From positions 34,373,239-34,437,238 of the forward strand of contig NC_057718.1 of NCBI RefSeq assembly GCF_004010195.1: a stretch of 64,000 bases of DNA, in the 5' to 3' direction. Below, piece after piece: positions 25,040 through 38,170 of the stretch. The DNA comes from Chiloscyllium plagiosum (Eukaryota). The translations under genes and the position numbers were made by a program. Below the pieces are notes generated by a model. That model was not told the DNA's origin and made no database searches. It saw nothing but the letters and a program-made list of their open reading frames with translations. Every line of letters begins with the position of its first letter. Position 1 is the first letter of the stretch.

Positions 25040-25565
25040 CAGAGATTTTTCATGCCCTCTCTTGGCTCTCCTAATCCCTTTCTTCAGGTCCCTTCTGGCT
25101 ATGCTGTATCCCTCCACTGCTCTGTCTGAACTTTGTTTCCTCAACCTTATGTAAGCCTCTTTCTTCCTCTTTACAAGACATTCAACTTCCCTCGTCAACC
25201 AAGGTTCCCTCACACGACCATTTCTTTCCTGCCTGACAGGTACATACATATCAAGGACACGTCGTATCTGTTCCTTGAAAAAGTTCCACATTTCCACGAC
25301 ATCCTTCCCTGACAGCCTATGCTCCCAACTTATGCTCTTCAGATCCTGTCTTACAGCATCATAATTACCCTTCCCCAATTGTAAAACCTACCCTGTTGCA
25401 CGCACCTATCTCTCTCCATAACCAAGGTGAAAGTCACAGAATTGTGGTCACCATCACCAAAATGTTCACCCACTAACAAACCAATCACTTGTCCCGGTTC
25501 ATTACCGAGTACCAAATCCAATATGGCCTCCCCTCGGGTTGGACAATCTACATACTGAGTTAGAA
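25040..25565 (-). mobile_element. CR1 ORF2 N-terminal fragment (different subfamily from 23667-24085)
   Basis: GKGNYDAVRQDLKSISWEHRLSGKDVVEMWNFFKEQIRRV..EPWLTREVECLVKRKKEAY. Confidence 0.88.
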
Positions 25566-25812
25566 TGGAGGAAGTGGTTAACAGATGGCATTAGGACAGA
25601 GCACTTAATAAAGAGAGGGCAAAGTTAATGGAAATTGGATTTGAAGTTATAGAGTATGTGAAATTTCATTGAGCAGAGATTGAAGGAGGAAAGGAGTAAA
25701 GTTTTCACAGAGAAAAGCGTGGAATGGATACCAAGGAATTTTAAGAGGACTGGATTAAGTGAAGGTGCTGAAAGTACCAAAGGATAAGAGGACAAACCAA
25801 GGTGCAGTATAT

Positions 25813-26140
25813 GATTAGATTAGATTCCCTACAGTGTGGAAACAAGCCCCTTGGCCCAACAAGTCCACGCCAACCCTCCAAAGAGCCACCCACCCAGGCC
25901 CATTCCCCTACGTTCACCCCTGACAAATGCGCCTAACACTATGGGCAATTTAGCATGACCAATTCACCTGACCTGCACATCTTTCCTTAGTGGGAGGAAA
26001 GCGGACCACTAGGAGGAAACCCACAAGACACGGGGAGAATGTGCAAACTCCACACAGACAGTTGCCCGAGGCAGGAATTGAAACCAGATCCCTGGCGCTT
26101 TGAGACAGCAGTGCTAACCACTGAGCCACCGTGCCGCCCC
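25813..26140 (-). mobile_element. HE1-type V-SINE
   Basis: Same structure as 2947-3277. Confidence 0.88.
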
Positions 26141-27405
26141 ACTATAAGACCACCTTAGCAGTTTGAATGCAACAGATAGTGGAAAATACAACCAGGTGAG
26201 TAAGCTTCAATAAAAGGTAATGTATCATCACCCAGCAGCCAAGTTTCTGTTCAGTCCAGAATGCCAATGCAATCATCAACAACAAGGTCATGAATGACAA
26301 GAACCTTGTTTACCAAGTGAACAGACATTCTGGAAGGAGATGTGGAGAGGAGCATGGTTGTTGACCTACTGGTAGAATCCACAGATCAGCAACAGATAAA
26401 GTTCAATGGACTGACAATGAGGTTAGGAAGAGGAACACACTGGGTGGGAAACTTAACAAAAGAGGATGCTGGGGATGTGGAATGGTGCCGTTAAAAGAGG
26501 TTGTAATGAGAGGAATGAAGTAATATTGACTGCTAGAAGGCCAATGTAGCTGACAGAAACCTGGAGAAAGAACATTACTTTTCTGTGTTGGAAATTCATG
26601 ACAGTATCTGCTCTAAAAAGCTGCTCATTGTGCTTCCACAGTAGCCATCAGATTGGTTGCTTAGCTACCAGTCAATTATTTCATTGTAAAATCCCTAAAA
26701 TTGGCACAAACAGATCACGGGGCCAATTCTGTAATATGAGCTATTTGTAGTACAGCTTTTATAATTTGTGAAAGTTTTATTCTGAAGATGCCATTCCTCA
26801 TCTCCTTTGCCTTGAATAGTTTTAAGATTAAATAAAACTGTATGTAATGGCTGTTAACCACATATATCATGAGGTCACTAGATATCATTTAGACTATTTC
26901 AGGGTGATAACCAGTAATCCCTATACATTTTGAGTGCAGCTTCATATGATGTTGCCCTGGTAGCAAATTGATAATCAGTCCTTGGAGTGGAGCAGATTGT
27001 TGTCAATGTCTAATATATATGCATTTTATATGTAAATAAACAATACATGAAGTTATAAAATACTATTTGAGTGGATATTTTCCATATTTTAAATATATAT
27101 TTTTTCACTGTCTTGCTGTCTTTCACAGTTGTTTATGACCAGTGTTAATGTTTTTTCTCACAATTTCAATAAATTCTTAACATTATTTCAGCAATTCCTT
27201 GCTTAGCTGTTTAATACATTGTGTAGCTATCACAACAGGGCAAGAAGTTGCAAAACATCTTTTTTAGGAATCTCCAGTCATAGCAAAGTTAAATTTCTTT
27301 GCACTTAAATTAAAACTCTTGCTTAAAGTGGCAAAGCCATTAAGCTGACTGTTCTTGCTATTGTACTTTGCTAATATATTTTGTTGTTTTTGTTTTAAAC
27401 AACAG

Positions 27406-27438
27406 TGAAGTTGTTAGAGTTTCCATTTGCCTGAAGCA
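27406..27438 (+). other. Candidate 33-nt microexon
   Basis: Branch-like gctaat (27370-27375), T-rich tract, aacag| acceptor, |gtaagt donor. One open frame, EVVRVSICLK. Confidence 0.3.
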
Positions 27439-28412
27439 GTAAGTCTTAAGTGGCCAGGTGTCAATGCAACTCCTGCTTCAAGGTATACCACCCAGTTCCT
27501 CAGCACTTAACACTAAAACTGATCAGAAGTTTAAATCCTACAGATAACAAAACATAAATTGAAGCAAAGTGACTTTTTTTTTGCTTTTTTTTATTCTGAA
27601 AACACCTCACTTCATTCTATTGTCCATATCAGGAATTGAATTTTGAATTAAATATTGGACCTGCTATGCATTTCTAGCATTTCTGATTTCTATCTAACAC
27701 TCATTTTTGGATTTGTACAAAATATCTTTCAGCTCTATACATGGAAGTATTCATATCAATGAATTAATTGGCTGGATTGTCCATTAGTATGAAAGATGAA
27801 TATAGATGAAAATGAAAGATGAAATTGTACACATTTAAGCCATTTTAAAAAATATATTGGCTAGCTTGTAGTGTAAGGCTGGAATTTGCCACTATCCCAC
27901 TCATAACCAATACAACTCTGTGTTTATAAATTTAAAGTTGAAAATTAGACTGACTCCGAAATGTTGACATCACTATTTAATGTAAAAATGGAACACTGGG
28001 TTATAATGACTAAATCCATGAACAACCAGCTAATATGGTAGCCTCATGTGTTTCAGTATGCATATAAAATGAAGGAAATACAATTAATCAGTGTTTACCA
28101 TTTAATTCTAACATCATTACTGCTGGATGACAAGTATTGTCTAATGATACCATATAGGTAAGCAGCAACATCCTCTAATCTCATCACCAAATATCAGCGT
28201 TTATATGTTAAAGCAGTAAAATGAGTTCTTTTAGCTTGTCAGCTAGTTATCAAGATGACACTTTAATGTAATTAGGGCTCTTAATAAAGCCAGCTAGCAT
28301 AATGTTATATGCACACATTTTATAGCTATTGCTGCTAATGACAATCAGCTGTGATAACTGGGATAGAAAGCAGTTTCTAAGTTTCTCAAAGATCAGTGTA
28401 ACCTCTACCATA

Positions 28413-28556
28413 AATAAATGTGAGGTGCTGCATTTTGGAAAAGGGGATATTGGCCAAGTGCTGGCAAATGGGACTACATTAGGTTAGAATATCTGGTCGG
28501 CATGGACCGAAGGGTCTGGTTCCGTGCTGTACATCTCTTTGACTCGAAGACTCTAT
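28413..28556 (+). mobile_element. Short CR1 with internal deletion
   Basis: ataaatgtgaggtgctgcattttggaaaag (KCEVLHFGK) joined directly to the 3' end ggccaagtgctggcaaatgggact..ctctttgactc. Confidence 0.75.
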
Positions 28557-29424
28557 ATTGTGCTTTGGGAAGTTTTTAATTTTATAATTCCAGTGTAGAG
28601 AAAATTTCATAAATACTCTTAATGGTTGCAATTTTTAATTTGGAGTTTGAATTTGAAGTAGGCACATGTGAATAAATAGTATTCACAGTGTTTTGGGCAC
28701 TTAGATTGACTCCATTTCTCTTTTTTCTTTTCACAGCAATATTTACTTGAGCATGTCTGTATTTGATTTTATTATCTTTCATAACTAAATGAATGTGAAA
28801 CGTATGAGGATTCGGAAGTATAATCATGCAAACAGAAAACGCTAAATTAAAGATAGTGAAGTAAAGAGAGTTTGTTTGGGGAAAAAGAATTCAGGGGAAG
28901 GCTATGATACTTTAGCAAAAAACCTTTTGTCACCTAATCAACATTTGAAAAATTTGAAACTTCATCTCAACCACCTTCACAGCTAAAGGTGATTGCAGTG
29001 GGAGATATCAGAGTGTGACTTTAACAGTGAAACATCACCATGATTGCATCTTCACACAAATCAAAGAAATGAGACCGATAACTGGTAATGAAGAGGTTAA
29101 GGAGGTTGTGATAGATCGTTATCTTCACCTGGAAATTGTGTAGAGTCCAGAAGCCTGCAGATTTTCTTTCCCGTTAATTCAATAAAATAGAGTGCTGTGT
29201 GTAGGTACTAACTTTCAGATGAGGCTTCATTTGCCTTCTAAGGTGGGCATTAAAGACCAAATGGTACAATTCAAAGAAGATCACGTTGAAACTTATAAAG
29301 ACCTCTGACAAGGTGTGGCATGGGGATATGATGATTCCATGCTGTGGAGTCTACAACAGGGGACACAATGAATTTAAAGGGCAGGCCACTTAAGACTGGG
29401 ATGAGGAGTAATTTATTCATTTGA

Positions 29425-29614
29425 TTTGGAGATGCCGGTGTTGAACTGGGGTGTACAAAGTTAAAAATCACACAACCCCAGGTTATAGTCCAACAGGTTT
29501 AATTGGAAGCACTAGCTTTTGGAGCACTGCTCCTGATGAAGGAGCATCACTCCGAAAACTAGTGCTTCCAATTTAACCTGTTGGACTATAACCTGGGGTT
29601 GTGTGATTTTTAAC
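29425..29614. mobile_element. Fold-back Penelope pLTR-derived element, family B, inside an old CR1 (~29270-29825)
   Basis: Arms gttaaaaatcacacaaccccaggttatagtccaacagg / cctgttggactataacctggggttgtgtgatttttaac. ctgatgaaggag..ctccgaaa at ~29533-29560. Flanking repeat tttattca(t/c)ttga at 29412-29424 and 29615-29627. Confidence 0.85.
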
Positions 29615-29825
29615 TTTATTCACTTGAGATGGTGAATGTTTGGAATTCTCTGTCCCAGATATCTGCAGACAATTAGTCATTGGGTATGTTCAAGATAAAA
29701 ATCAATAGTTTTCTGAATACTAACAACAGAAAGGATATGACAGTAGCATTGCGAGGTTAGTCAAGATGTGTTTGAATGGTGGAGCAGGTTCGAGAAGTCA
29801 AATGGCCTACTTCTCCAATTTCCTA

Positions 29826-30917
29826 ATACAGGGAGATCTCACCATTTGGATACAGACTGGCTGAAAGGTAGAAAACAATAGGTGATGGTAAAGGTTTGCT
29901 TTTCAGACTGCAGACCTGTGAACGGTGATGTGCCACAAGGATCGGGCTGAATCCACAGCTTTTTATCATTTATATAAATGATTTGGACGTGAACATTGGA
30001 GATATGGCTAGTAAGTTTGAAGATGACACCAAAATTGAAGGTGTAGTGAATAGCAAAGAAGATAACCTCAGAGTACAATGGGATCTTGATCAGATGGGCC
30101 AATGGGCTGAGGAATGACAGATGGAGTTACATTTATAAATGTGAGGTGTTGCGTTTTGGAAAGGCAAATCTGGGCAGCACTTATACACTTAACTGTCAGG
30201 CCTGGGGAGTGTTACTGAACAAAGAGACCTATGAATACAGCTTTATAGTTCCTTGAAAATGGAGTTGCAGGTAGTTAGGATAGTGAAGAAGGCGTTTGAT
30301 ATGCTTGCCTTTATTGGTCCATGCAATGAGCATAGGAGTTGGAAGGTCATGCTGGACATTGGTTAGGCCACTTTTGGAATACTGTGTGCAATACTGGCCT
30401 CCCTGCTATAGGAAGGATGTTGTGAAACTTGAAAGGGTTCAGAGAAGATTTACAAGGATGTTGCCAGGGTTGGAAGGTTTGAGCTATATGGAGAGGCTGT
30501 ATAGGCTGGGGCTGTTTTCTCTAGAGCATTGGAGGCTGAGGGGTGACCTTATTGAGGTTTACAAAATCATGAGCGGCATGGTAAGGTAAATATACAAGGT
30601 CTTTTCTACAGTTTGGGGGAGTCCAAAACTAGAGGGCATAGGTTTAAGGTGAGAGAGGAAAGATTTAAGAGAGACATAAGGGGCAACCTTTTCATGCAGA
30701 GGGTGGTGTGTGTATGGAATGAGCTACCAGAGGAAGTAGTGGAGGCTGGTACAATTACAACATTTAAAGGTCATCTGGATGGGTTTATGAATAGGAAGGT
30801 TTGAGGGACATGGGCCAAGTACTGGCAAATGGGACTAGATTTATATAGGATGTATGGTCAGCAGGGACGAGTTGGACTGAAGGGTCTGTTTCCATGCTGT
30901 ACATCTCTATGACTCTG
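29826..30917 (+). mobile_element. CR1 LINE 3' ~1.1 kb (RT C-terminus to tail)
   Basis: gtgccacaaggatc (VPQG), LVRPLLEYCVQ, WNELPEEVVEAG, tail ctctatgactct. Confidence 0.92.
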
Positions 30918-30984
30918 AGGAGTTCATTCAGTGTTGATTCAGTTACCAATACATATTCCTCAAACATTATCACTCAAAAAAAGA

Positions 30985-31445
30985 TTTGTTTTTATACAGC
31001 ACTTTAAGTGACTACTCAATATCAAAAAATGTTGTATGGTCACTTAAGTCCTTATTGAAGTGTCATGTGACAAGAATATCTAATTGTAATTCTGTTGGAA
31101 TTTAGGAAATTGGCTTCTGAATTTGTATTTATCAAGCTTCCACAATCATCAGTGCAGTAATGACTCGATAATCTGCTGACTATCAAGTGGAAGAAATATT
31201 GGTCAGGACCCCATGGTTAACTCCCCTATCCTTCTCCAACATATTATCATGGGTTCTTTTACACACATCTGAGTGGAGCCTGATTTAATTACTTACTGGA
31301 AGGACAGCATATCTGATGGTGCAGTACTCTGTCAGTATCGCGCTGGTGTGTTAGCCGAGACTTTGAGCTCAATCCCTGACATAGGACTTGAACCCAAGAG
31401 CCTGTGGATCTGAGATGAGTCTGTTACCAACTCAGCCACAACTGA
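30985..31445 (-). mobile_element. Near full-length DeuSINE (SacSINE1-like)
   Basis: Reverse complement has a tRNA-like head tggctgagttggtaac..gggttcaagtcc and a Deu domain ggggagttaaccatggggtcctgaccaatatttc, homologous to 18180-18415. Confidence 0.65.
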
Positions 31446-32512
31446 CACAAATGTATATATTAAAATAGATTAAGGATGTAGGGGCACAGTGGTAATGCCC
31501 TGGTAGTGTTCAAGTCCCACATGCTCCAGAGGTGTGTAGTAACATTTCTGAACAGATTAATTAGAAAATATCTACAAAAAAAAGATTATCATTCCATATC
31601 TCGGTTATCTCACTGTGTCCAAATTAGCTTCTGAATTTTTTTATAAATTAGAAGTGAATACATTTCAAAAGGATTTAACTGGCTGTAAAGTGGCTTGGGA
31701 TGCTCTGAGGTTATAAAAACCATTGTGAAAATGCACATTCTCATTGTTTTTACATCTGGTTGACAATGCTCTCTATTGGATTACCATCTGATTAGGAAAT
31801 GTGAACATTCACCAATTGTTCTTTAATTTCAGTGGTCAACCGCAGGGTACTAAAATAAGAATATAGGAACATGAGAAGACCATTCAGCCCATCTACTCTG
31901 CAACTTAATATGATCATAACTGTTCAAACACTTTAACACCTTTTATCCACCCTGTCCCCATACCATTTGAGCCATAGATAATCAAAACTTTTTAACCTCT
32001 TATTTAAATATACTCAAAGTCTGAGCTTTCAACGCAGCAGACTGCATTGTACTCCTCACCATCATAAGTAGAAACTGAGTTTTTGCAAAGCTTTCAATAT
32101 CTTTCACTATTCAAGATCAGGCCTGTGTAAGTTGTGAATAAATTGGAAAAAAGTACATTTTTTGCATATTACAGCATCATGTTTTCAATTTTTTTTACAT
32201 TGTCATTGGAAAAGGATGTCACGTGGGGACTTCCTTGACTTTTTGAAAACTTCACTTAAGAGAAATTTGTAGGCCACCTTATTGTGATTTTACTGTATTC
32301 CATTTTCTCTCATATACTTTTGCCTAGTTGTAATATTTTATGTCTTCAAAGACAATAGACGCTAATTGCTAATCTATTTTATGTTTTCCTTTTAACTTTC
32401 TGCTTGTCTTTAATAGGGTTTGAAACACTCTTGACAACTTTTGTTCACAGTGTCATGTCACTATCTCACTGGTTCTTGAAGTAACACTGTACCATTGTAT
32501 TTGTTATAGAAC

Positions 32513-32602
32513 TAGGAGAAAGTGAGGACTGTAGATGCTGGAGATCAGAGCTGAAAAATGTGTTGCTGGAAAAGTGCAGCAGGTCAGGCAGCATCCAAGG
32601 TG
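32513..32602 (-). mobile_element. Truncated Penelope pLTR family A piece with 13 bp TSD
   Basis: ggagaaagtgaggactgtagatgctggagatcagag... TSD tttgttatagaac at 32500-32512 and 32603-32615. Confidence 0.8.
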
Positions 32603-33899
32603 TTTGTTATAGAACACCTTGTTCATATGGAGAAGCATTTCATAATAGGTTTAACTTTGACATCATCAAAATAAATGTAAAGAAATTCATCCATCAAATC
32701 CTCACAAAGAATATATGTGAAGAATATATGTAAATTGTAAAGTTACATATGTTACATCTGTAATAGGCGGAATGTATAGATAATCAAGCCCCACTTCTCC
32801 ACCAGTCACAACATTAGCTTAAATGTGTTGATTCAATCAACAAATTGGCCAATTGCTCCTCTTTCATCCTATTATCTTGAATAAAATAAACATTTCTCAG
32901 GTTTCTTTAACAAACTGAAAAATAATCCATTTGCAATAAAATAAAATACTGGTTAACATTTAGGATATAAATTGGAATCCCAAAAACTGAGACATTCATG
33001 TGCCCCAAAAAATGTCTCTGAAGCGAGGTTGTCTTGATTTAAAAGTATTGCTATTGGTAACGGTCTAAAAATAAAGGACAGAATTTGATGACTTTCACTG
33101 GGTTTCTTGTTGATATAAATCAATTGCTGAAAATCATAGATCTACAGAAGATCTTCAGTTCAGATTGAAACCAAGATGGATCCAAGACTTTGGAAAATGA
33201 CCATGGTTCAACCTTTAACACTGAGAGCAGATAAGGTGCTTTAAGATTAGACTTCTGCTTGGATGCCCTGCCTTGGAGTTGCCTGCCAATGAGAAGGCTG
33301 GCAAACCTGTAATCCCAGCTGGGAGAGGTGAGCACAGCTGGGAATACAGACAGTCCCAACACACCAAGTAACCCAGAAAAGTCTACATGTTAGGGGTCTC
33401 TTTGTGGGGTGTTGTCAGGGAAGGAGCAGTGGGATGATTACAAGAGGCTGAGTAGACAATTAAGGGGAGATGAAATGATATTGTTGGGAATGCCTCTGAT
33501 ATGCCACAAAGTAGGCATACAAAGTAAATCCCTCTGCTCATCACTTTGCTCACACATCTAAAGCAGCAGAGTTTTCCATATGACACAAGCCTTCTTCTAC
33601 TCAGTGAATAATTAGTGGCAGTGGGTGGAGGCCCTGATTGTGCACTAATTTCCCAATGCCTCCCTGCATCTCTGTCAAATTTCAGACAGTTTGGGAGTGG
33701 ACAAGTAGGTAATGGGAAGGCCTTTCTATGGATTTTAGTTCACCTCTGCCTTCAAACCCATAAGTGAGTAAAATCCACTCTAGTGTTTCTGGTCATGATA
33801 ATCTTTCAGCTATTCTAACAAGAGTCATCACAATCTGAAATGTGAATCTTATTTCTGTTGACAATTGCTTTTGGTGATCTGGATTTTTCAAGCAGCTTC

Positions 33900-34835
33900 T
33901 GTAGTCTTAGAGATGTATGGCACAAAAACAGACCCTTTGGTCCAACTTGTCCTGCTGACCAGAGATTCAAGATAAATCTAATCCCATTTACCAGCACCTG
34001 GCTCAAAATGCTCCAAACCCTTCCTCTTCATATACCCATGCAAATTACTTTTAAATGTTGGAACCAGCCTCCACCACTTCCTCTGGCAGCTCATTACATA
34101 CATACACCACCCTCTGCAAGAAAAGGTTGTCCCACTTAAATCATTCCCCTCTCACCTTAAACCTATGCCCTCTAGTATTTGACTCCCCCTCCCCAGGGAA
34201 AAGACCTTGTCTATTTACCTTATGCATGCCCCTCATGATTTTATAAACCTCGATAAGGTCACCCCTCAGCTTCCAACTCTCCAGAGAAAACAGCCCCAGC
34301 CTATTCAGCCTCTCCCTATAACTCAAAACCTCCAATCCTGGCAACATTCTTGTAAATTTTCTCTGAACACTTTCAAGTTTCACAACATCTTTGCTATAAC
34401 AGGGAGACCAGAATTAAATGTGGTTTTCCAAAAGTGGCCTAACCAATGTCCTGTACAGCTGCAACATGACCTCCTAACTCCTACACTCAAAGCACTGACC
34501 TCTAAAGACAAATGTATCAAACATCTTCTTCACTATCCTTTCTACCTGCAATTCCACTTTCAAGGGACTATGAACCTGCACTCCAGGGTCTCTTTGTTCA
34601 GCAACACTCCCCAGAAACATACTATTAAGTGTATTAAGTGTAAGTTCTGCACTGATTTGCCTTTCCAAAATGCAGTACCTCACATTTATCTAAATTAAAC
34701 TCCATCTGCTACTCCTTGGCCCATTGGCCCATCTGATCACGGACCTGTTGGATTCTGAGGTAACCTCCTTCACTGTCCACTACACCACCAATTTTGGTGT
34801 CATCTGCAAACTTAGTAACCATACTGCCTATATTC
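33900..34835 (-). mobile_element. CR1 LINE 3' fragment
   Basis: KLESVQRKFTRMLPGLEVLSYRERLNRLGLFSLE; LGSVAEQRDPGVQVHSPLKV. Confidence 0.92.
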
Positions 34836-35149
34836 ACTTGTTAAACTTATCACTGTTACACAGCTACCTTGCAAGTGATACTGGCGAGTTATTATATAGG
34901 TGTTACCTTTCTGATTGTTGCATGTGTTTCTAAAGGCTTTGGCTTGAAAGGCTTTGTCTACATATTACAGAAATTTCCTTGGAAATTCCTGATGTGCAAG
35001 TTGCAAAGTCATTTCACCAACTTGCCGATAGAGCTACCGACAAATTGTAGCAGGCATTAATTTCAACACAGACTTTTGCAATTTATTGTTTTATTTCTTT
35101 TGAATGTCAGTCATAAAACATTAAGAAAACGCTCCTTCAACAGGGTGAT

Positions 35150-35430
35150 GCTGAGTAATACTGAGCTAAATCTCCAAAGTTGTATTCCTGCTTAGATTTG
35201 CTTGATGAGAAGATCTCATCTGAAAGAGAAATACGGCATTAAAATTGGTTTCAGCATCCATGGGGTCAGATGATAATAAAAAGAAGTTAGCCTGGGTTCG
35301 TATTCTTAATCACTATCCTGTGACCTGCACCAGAAAGTACTTATCCACAGTGAGCCAATACCTCTATCGGGTATAACTGAAATGGCTCCCATTGTCAAGT
35401 GGTGTGCTGACACACAAGGGTCAAATCCCT
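35150..35430 (+). mobile_element. LF-SINE-like ancient SINE
   Basis: aaattggtttcagcatccatgggg..ttagcctgggttcgtattcttaatcactatcctgtgacc..cagaaagt resembles the recalled LF-SINE consensus and the copy at 11440-11600. Confidence 0.5.
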
Positions 35431-36489
35431 CTGTGCATTTGAACTGACGCATTAAGAGTGTGTTAATGTAAAGTAATTTCGTTCATTGACTTTAGCAGAT
35501 CTTTGAGTAAATTTTCCCACGCTCCTAAAATTCGTCTCAGACCTAAACCAGCTTAGCACACACGGTAACACACATTCCCAGCATTAAGGGTTTTTGGTTT
35601 GGTAAATGCAAATTAAAAGTTGGATTTACTTGTGCTTGCATTGTAGTCTACATCACATTGACAATACTTACTATGTAGCCTAAATCATGTTAACAATACT
35701 TACTCTAAAAGGTGACATTAAGAAATTGAAGATAGCTGGCAACTGCTGAGCGTGGAGCACAGAGGGAGATAATAATAGGAACAACTTAAATGCTTGGGTG
35801 GACAAGTGCAAAATGAATACACAATACTTCTGGAGAGATGTTAAATGAGAAGTAGAAGAGCTGGGAAAAGGAGAAAGCTCATCAAAACCCACTATTACTA
35901 AAGTTGTTCTGTCAATTGTAAACAGAGACTGATTTGGAGCTCATTGAAGAGCAATATGCTTGGAATTTATACAGTGACAGAAGCAGTGTTTCACTCCTCT
36001 GCCAAAGACAGACATAGAATGATGCCTTCAAATTGAAGGTGCTTTCAATTAGGCTTATATCAACATCAGTTTTCCAATGTATTCGGAAATGGTAAAAACC
36101 CAAACCAAGTAAAACCAATGGGATCTGACAGTGTTGTGTTATAATGTTAGGATAAAACTGGTAAAACAACTGTAGACACAGGGAGAGGAGGGTTTGGTTA
36201 ATACTTCAAATCCTGACTCTGTTCTCTGGGTTGGTCATTGACCTGAGTGTCGGTCCCACTGCCCTCTCCCCAAGGACACTGTCTGACCTTCTGAAAGTTT
36301 TCAGCTTTTCTTTTCTCACTTAATGCTCTGTCTTTTTTGAGTTCACTGTTCTCCCATTCTACCCTGAATCTCACCCTCCTTTTGAAAAGTGGTAACAAGA
36401 AGGGCTAATTTATAATCTTGTTGTGTGAGGTGCTTCGGAGAAAAAATAAGTGACTATCACATGATAGAATTCTTCATTGGGATAGAAAA

Positions 36490-38170
36490 TGAAGTAATCC
36501 AATCTGAAAGTGGGATCCTAAACCTAAACAAGGGAAACTATGAAGGTATGATAGGATGAGTGGCTGTAACAGAAATGGTAACTTTGTTAAAAAAGCAAGA
36601 CAGTGGCCAAGCAAAGATTAATATTTTAGAAATGAATGCATATGTTGCAGCAACTATCAATTCATTTTGGGTCAAAGAACACAACAGGAGAAGTGTGCCT
36701 ATCATGGTTAACGAAACAAGTTAAGTAAAGAACTAGATGCAAAGAGAAATCATGGAAAGTTGTTGGACAAGATGGCAGCCCTAGGGACAATGAGCAAAGG
36801 ACAATTAAGCCAAAGGAGGACAAAGAGGTTCATTAACAGGGTAAAGCATGAGAATAAACTTGCAAGGAAAATAAACTTAGACTTTAAGAACTTCTGTACA
36901 TGTGTAAAAAGAAAAGATTAGTGAAGACAAATGTAAGGTCCTCCAGTCTGAAATGGTAGAACTGATAATGGAAAACAAAGAAATAGTGGTGCAATTAGTA
37001 CTATCTTCACAAACATTAAAAAATGCCCAGCAATGCCAGGGAAGCAAGAGTCTATTGGGAAAGTAGAATTGAAAGAGATTAACATTAATAAAAAAAATGT
37101 TCTGAAGAGATATATGGAACTGTAATTAATGAATCCCTTGGACCTGATAATCTATACTCCAAGGTACTAAATGAGGTGACCGTGGAAATAGATGGGCGCA
37201 TTACTTGTCGTCTTCTAAGTTTTGCTGATTCCGGAACAGTCCCTGATTTGGAGGATGGCAAATGCAACCCCAGTATTTTAAAAGGGATAGAGGGAGAACT
37301 CAAGGAATTACTGACCCATTAGCCAAAAATCAGGAGTAGGGAAAATGCTTGAATATATAATAAATAATGTGATAACAGGACACTTAGAAAATACAAAAGG
37401 GTCTCATACAAAGCAAATATGGACTTATGAAATAAATTGATGGAATGTTTTGAGCATGTAACTGGTTAAACAATAAGGGAGCCCCAGTCTGTGTAATATA
37501 TATGGGCCTTCAGAAAGCTTTAGGTAAAGTCCTATGAGAGGTTATTGTACAAAGTCAAAGCATATGGGATTGATGGTAAGAAACTCAAGTTGATCAAGAA
37601 ATGTTCATCAGAAAGGAAACAGAAAGTAGGAATAAATGGGTTTCTTTCACAGTGAAAAGCAGTACCAAATGGGATACTCTTGAATCCTCTTGGGAGCCCT
37701 CTTGTAGTAAAGATCAACATAGTATTTGTTTTTCTAGCTGTTTACTGCACCTGCATGCTTGCTTTCAGTGACTGGGGAAGAAGAACATTCAGGTGATCTT
37801 ATTGAAATGTATGAAATTCGGGCAGGGCTGGACAGACTAAATGCAGGGATAATGTTTCCCCGGCCAGTTCCAGAACAATGGGTCATGGTTTCAAGATAAA
37901 GGGTAGGCCATTTTGAACTGAGATGTGGGGACATTTCCTCAGAGTTTGGTGAACCAATGGAATTCTCTAACAAAGGCAGCTGTGTAGGCCAAATCACTAC
38001 ACAGATTAAAGAACGAGATAGATGGATTTCTAGGTGTCGAGGCGTATGGAGAGAGACTGGAAAAATGGCATTGAGATAAATGATCAGCCATGATCATGTT
38101 GACTGGTTGAACAGACCTAATAGGCCAATGGTCTGTCCTTACTCTTAATTTCCATGTTCCTGTATTCCTA
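36490..38170 (+). mobile_element. Old degraded CR1 ORF2 with a short inverted internal piece (~37715-37775)
   Basis: cctaaacctaaacaagggaaactatg (LNKGNY), ggacctgataatctatactccaaggtacta (GPD..PRVL), and a 3' tail. Confidence 0.75.

Larger units (their letters stand above)
22600..26560 (-). mobile_element. Highly degraded purine-rich LINE (L2-like), split by CR1 pieces, a gap and an HE1 SINE
   Basis: Purine-rich tracts at 22600-23480, 25565-25810 and 26140-26560 have the strand bias of an antisense L2-like ORF. Assignment is by composition only. Confidence 0.35.

Noticed and set aside
23967..25378. Long ORFs (323-434 aa) in the ORF track
   Set aside because: Artefacts of the N gap; the real residues are CR1 ORF2 fragments. 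The same applies to ORFs spanning 7241-7541.
29460..29614. Palindromic elements as DNA-transposon MITEs or miRNA genes
   Set aside because: The arms are asymmetric, also occur as solo units, contain hammerhead motifs and have variable 12-16 bp TSDs, which fits retroposed Penelope pLTRs better.
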